Positions 31,954 through 33,893 of a DNA stretch of 33,893 nucleotides are shown here, one piece after another. The DNA is from Octopus bimaculoides (Eukaryota), in NCBI RefSeq assembly GCF_001194135.2, contig NC_068986.1, positions 75,763,949 to 75,797,841 on the forward strand, given 5' to 3'. The translations under genes were made by a program, and so were the position numbers. Every line of letters starts with the position of its first letter. Within the stretch, counting starts at the first letter, position 1. The notes under the pieces were generated by a model. That model had not been told where the DNA came from. It searched no databases and saw only the letters and a list, made by a program, of their open reading frames with translations.

Positions 31954-33099
31954 CGTCTCGTGTATAGTTCTGCAAATTATACTGAAGAGTTGCAGACAAT
32001 TAGGTAAGTAATTACGTAAGTAGTTAACGAAACCAGTCTATGATTAATTCTTTATATTTTGCATCTTTTCATTTATCTTGCTCGCTTACGTTCTGGTGTT
32101 TGCTGAATTTTCTTGAGAACAATCTTTTCTTAGTGGTCAGACCGTAGGTGGTCTTCTTCTAGCAAAAGGGATATCCACTTAGTGGCCATCCCTCTGATAT
32201 GTATGTAATATGATTTTTCTGAATCTTCAGACTTTTCAATTTGCTAGGCCACTGGTTTTAAGTTGATACTAATCAAATTAATATTCAATTTTTCACCCTT
32301 ATTATTTATATATATATATATATATNNNNNNNNNNNNNNNNNNNNNNNNNNNNNNNNNNNNNNNNNNNNNNNNNNNNNNNNNNNNNNNNNNNNNNNNNNN
32401 NNNNNNNNNNNNNNNNNNNNNNNNNNNNNNNNNNNNNNNNNNNNNNNNNNNNNNNNNNNNNNNNNNNNNNNNNNNNNNNNNNNNNNNNNNNNNNNNNNNN
32501 NNNNNNNNNNNNNNNNNNNNNNNNNNNNNNNNNNNNNNNNNNNNNNNNNNNNNNNNNNNNNNNNNNNNNNNNNNNNNNNNNNNNNNNNNNNNNNNNNNNN
32601 NNNNNNNNNNNNNNNNNNNNNNNNNNNNNNNNNNNNNNNNNNNNNNNNNNNNNNNNNNNNNNNNNNNNNNNNNNNNNNNNNNNNNNNNNNNNNNNNNNNN
32701 NNNNNNNNNNNNNNNNNNNNNNNNNNNNNNNNNNNNNNNNNNNNNNNNNNNNNNNNNNNNNNNNNNNNNNNNNNNNNNNNNNNNNNNNNNNNNNNNNNNN
32801 NNNNNNNNNNNNNNNNNNNNNNNNNNNNNNNNNNNNNNNNNNNNNNNNNNNNNNNNNNNNNNNNNNNNNNNNNNNNNNNNNNNNNNNNNNNNNNNNNNNN
32901 NNNNNNNNNNNNNNNNNNNNNNNNNNNNNNNNNNNNNNNNNNNNNNNNNNNNNNNNNNNNNNNNNNNNNNNNNNNNNNNNNNNNNNNNNNNNNNNNNNNN
33001 NNNNNNNNNNNNNNNNNNNNNNNNNNNNNNNNNNNNNNNNNNNNNNNNNNNNATATATATATATATATACAGTAATTCAAAAGTTCCTTTTGCATTAAT

Positions 33100-33240
33100 A
33101 TAATAGAATAAGTACCAAATTTTAACAAAGGAAAACATAATTACTGGGAGTCGGTTTATTCGACTACAACAGTTCAAGGCGGTGCTCCAGCATGGCCGCA
33201 GTCAACTGACTGAAAAAAAGTAAACAATAAAAGATAAAAG
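33100..33240 (+). mobile_element. SINE family B, tail fragment
   Basis: atagaataagtacc...ctgggagtcggtttattcgact...aaggcggtgctccagcatggccgcagtcaactgactgaaa. Confidence 0.8.
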
Positions 33241-33825
33241 ATATGAGGATAGCAAGTGAAGCCTTCTTTCAGATCGCAGTCGATGTGAAAACATGGATGA
33301 TAGCAAAGTAACTAGTATTCTAAGTGGTAGTATTGATAAATGAAAGAACTACTTATGTTGCCGACAAACATTGACCAATAACAAACTAGCGAGGGTCGCT
33401 TACAACAAGGAACAATAGATGGCGCGAGTTCAACTTTTAATAGAACAACGGCAACAGTGCTGTCATTATTATGCAAATTATGGTGGCATTACATAGAAAC
33501 TGATCAAAGCTATTTGTGGGCAGCAAACAACTGCAGCGTTACCTTTTGATTCAGCATAGCACGACACAGCACGACACTGTGCGACACGACATCCTGTACT
33601 GTATGTACTGACCGTTATATCGGTCTAAGGTACCAGTCTGTCTTCTACGACCGTTGTCCTATGGTGTCGGAGGATAGATTTCCTTCCACGATAATTGATG
33701 ACGTCAGAGATATCCAGTGTTTCTATCTTTGAACAGAATCCGGGTCACAGATTTTAACTCATTAGTCATGAGAACACCTAACACTCACTGTTGTAGCAAC
33801 AACTGCAGAAACAATGCGATAGCTG

Positions 33826-33828
33826 TGT

Positions 33829-33893
<65 letters not shown>
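33826..33893. repeat. (GT)n microsatellite to the window end
   Basis: Directly visible. Confidence 0.98.

Noticed and set aside
3357-33177. Long ORFs in the supplied track that span N-gaps or microsatellites (YI, HT, CV, poly-L/V/T/C peptides)
   Set aside because: Artefacts of N runs and simple repeats; no coding signal.
1-33893. CRISPR arrays, operons or other prokaryotic systems
   Set aside because: The sequence is eukaryotic repeat-rich DNA with no regular repeat-spacer arrays or gene-dense segments.

Overview
Repeat-saturated, AT-rich animal genomic DNA, intergenic or intronic, from a gapped short-read assembly. It has 14 N-gaps (about 7.5 kb), mostly flanked by microsatellites. The SINE families, microsatellite load, TTAGGG repeats and 5S sequence suggest a mollusc, probably an octopus (inference from recognition, no search run). 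No host protein-coding gene can be called with confidence, and almost all listed ORFs are microsatellite or N-gap artefacts. The window contains about 20 copies or fragments of tRNA-headed SINE-like families, a long-TIR mariner deletion derivative (2776-3396) and a decayed R4/Dong-like non-LTR RT fragment (22507-22977). A solitary 5S rRNA copy (23007-23126) follows that RT fragment. There is also a 5'-truncated Penelope-like element with RT and GIY-YIG (30428-31897, minus strand), a Helitron 3' end and several foldback/MITE elements. The most interesting signals are four. (1) A non-coding element of about 450 bp carries a minimal hammerhead ribozyme core and three hairpins, and shares its 3' tail with a SINE, a possible Penelope-parasitising family. 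(2) An inverted-repeat element has a (CCCTAA)n-(TTAGGG)n telomeric palindrome as its core. (3) A perfect 23-bp hairpin sits exactly at the Penelope 5' truncation junction. (4) The 5S copy has no terminator and abuts the R4 fragment.
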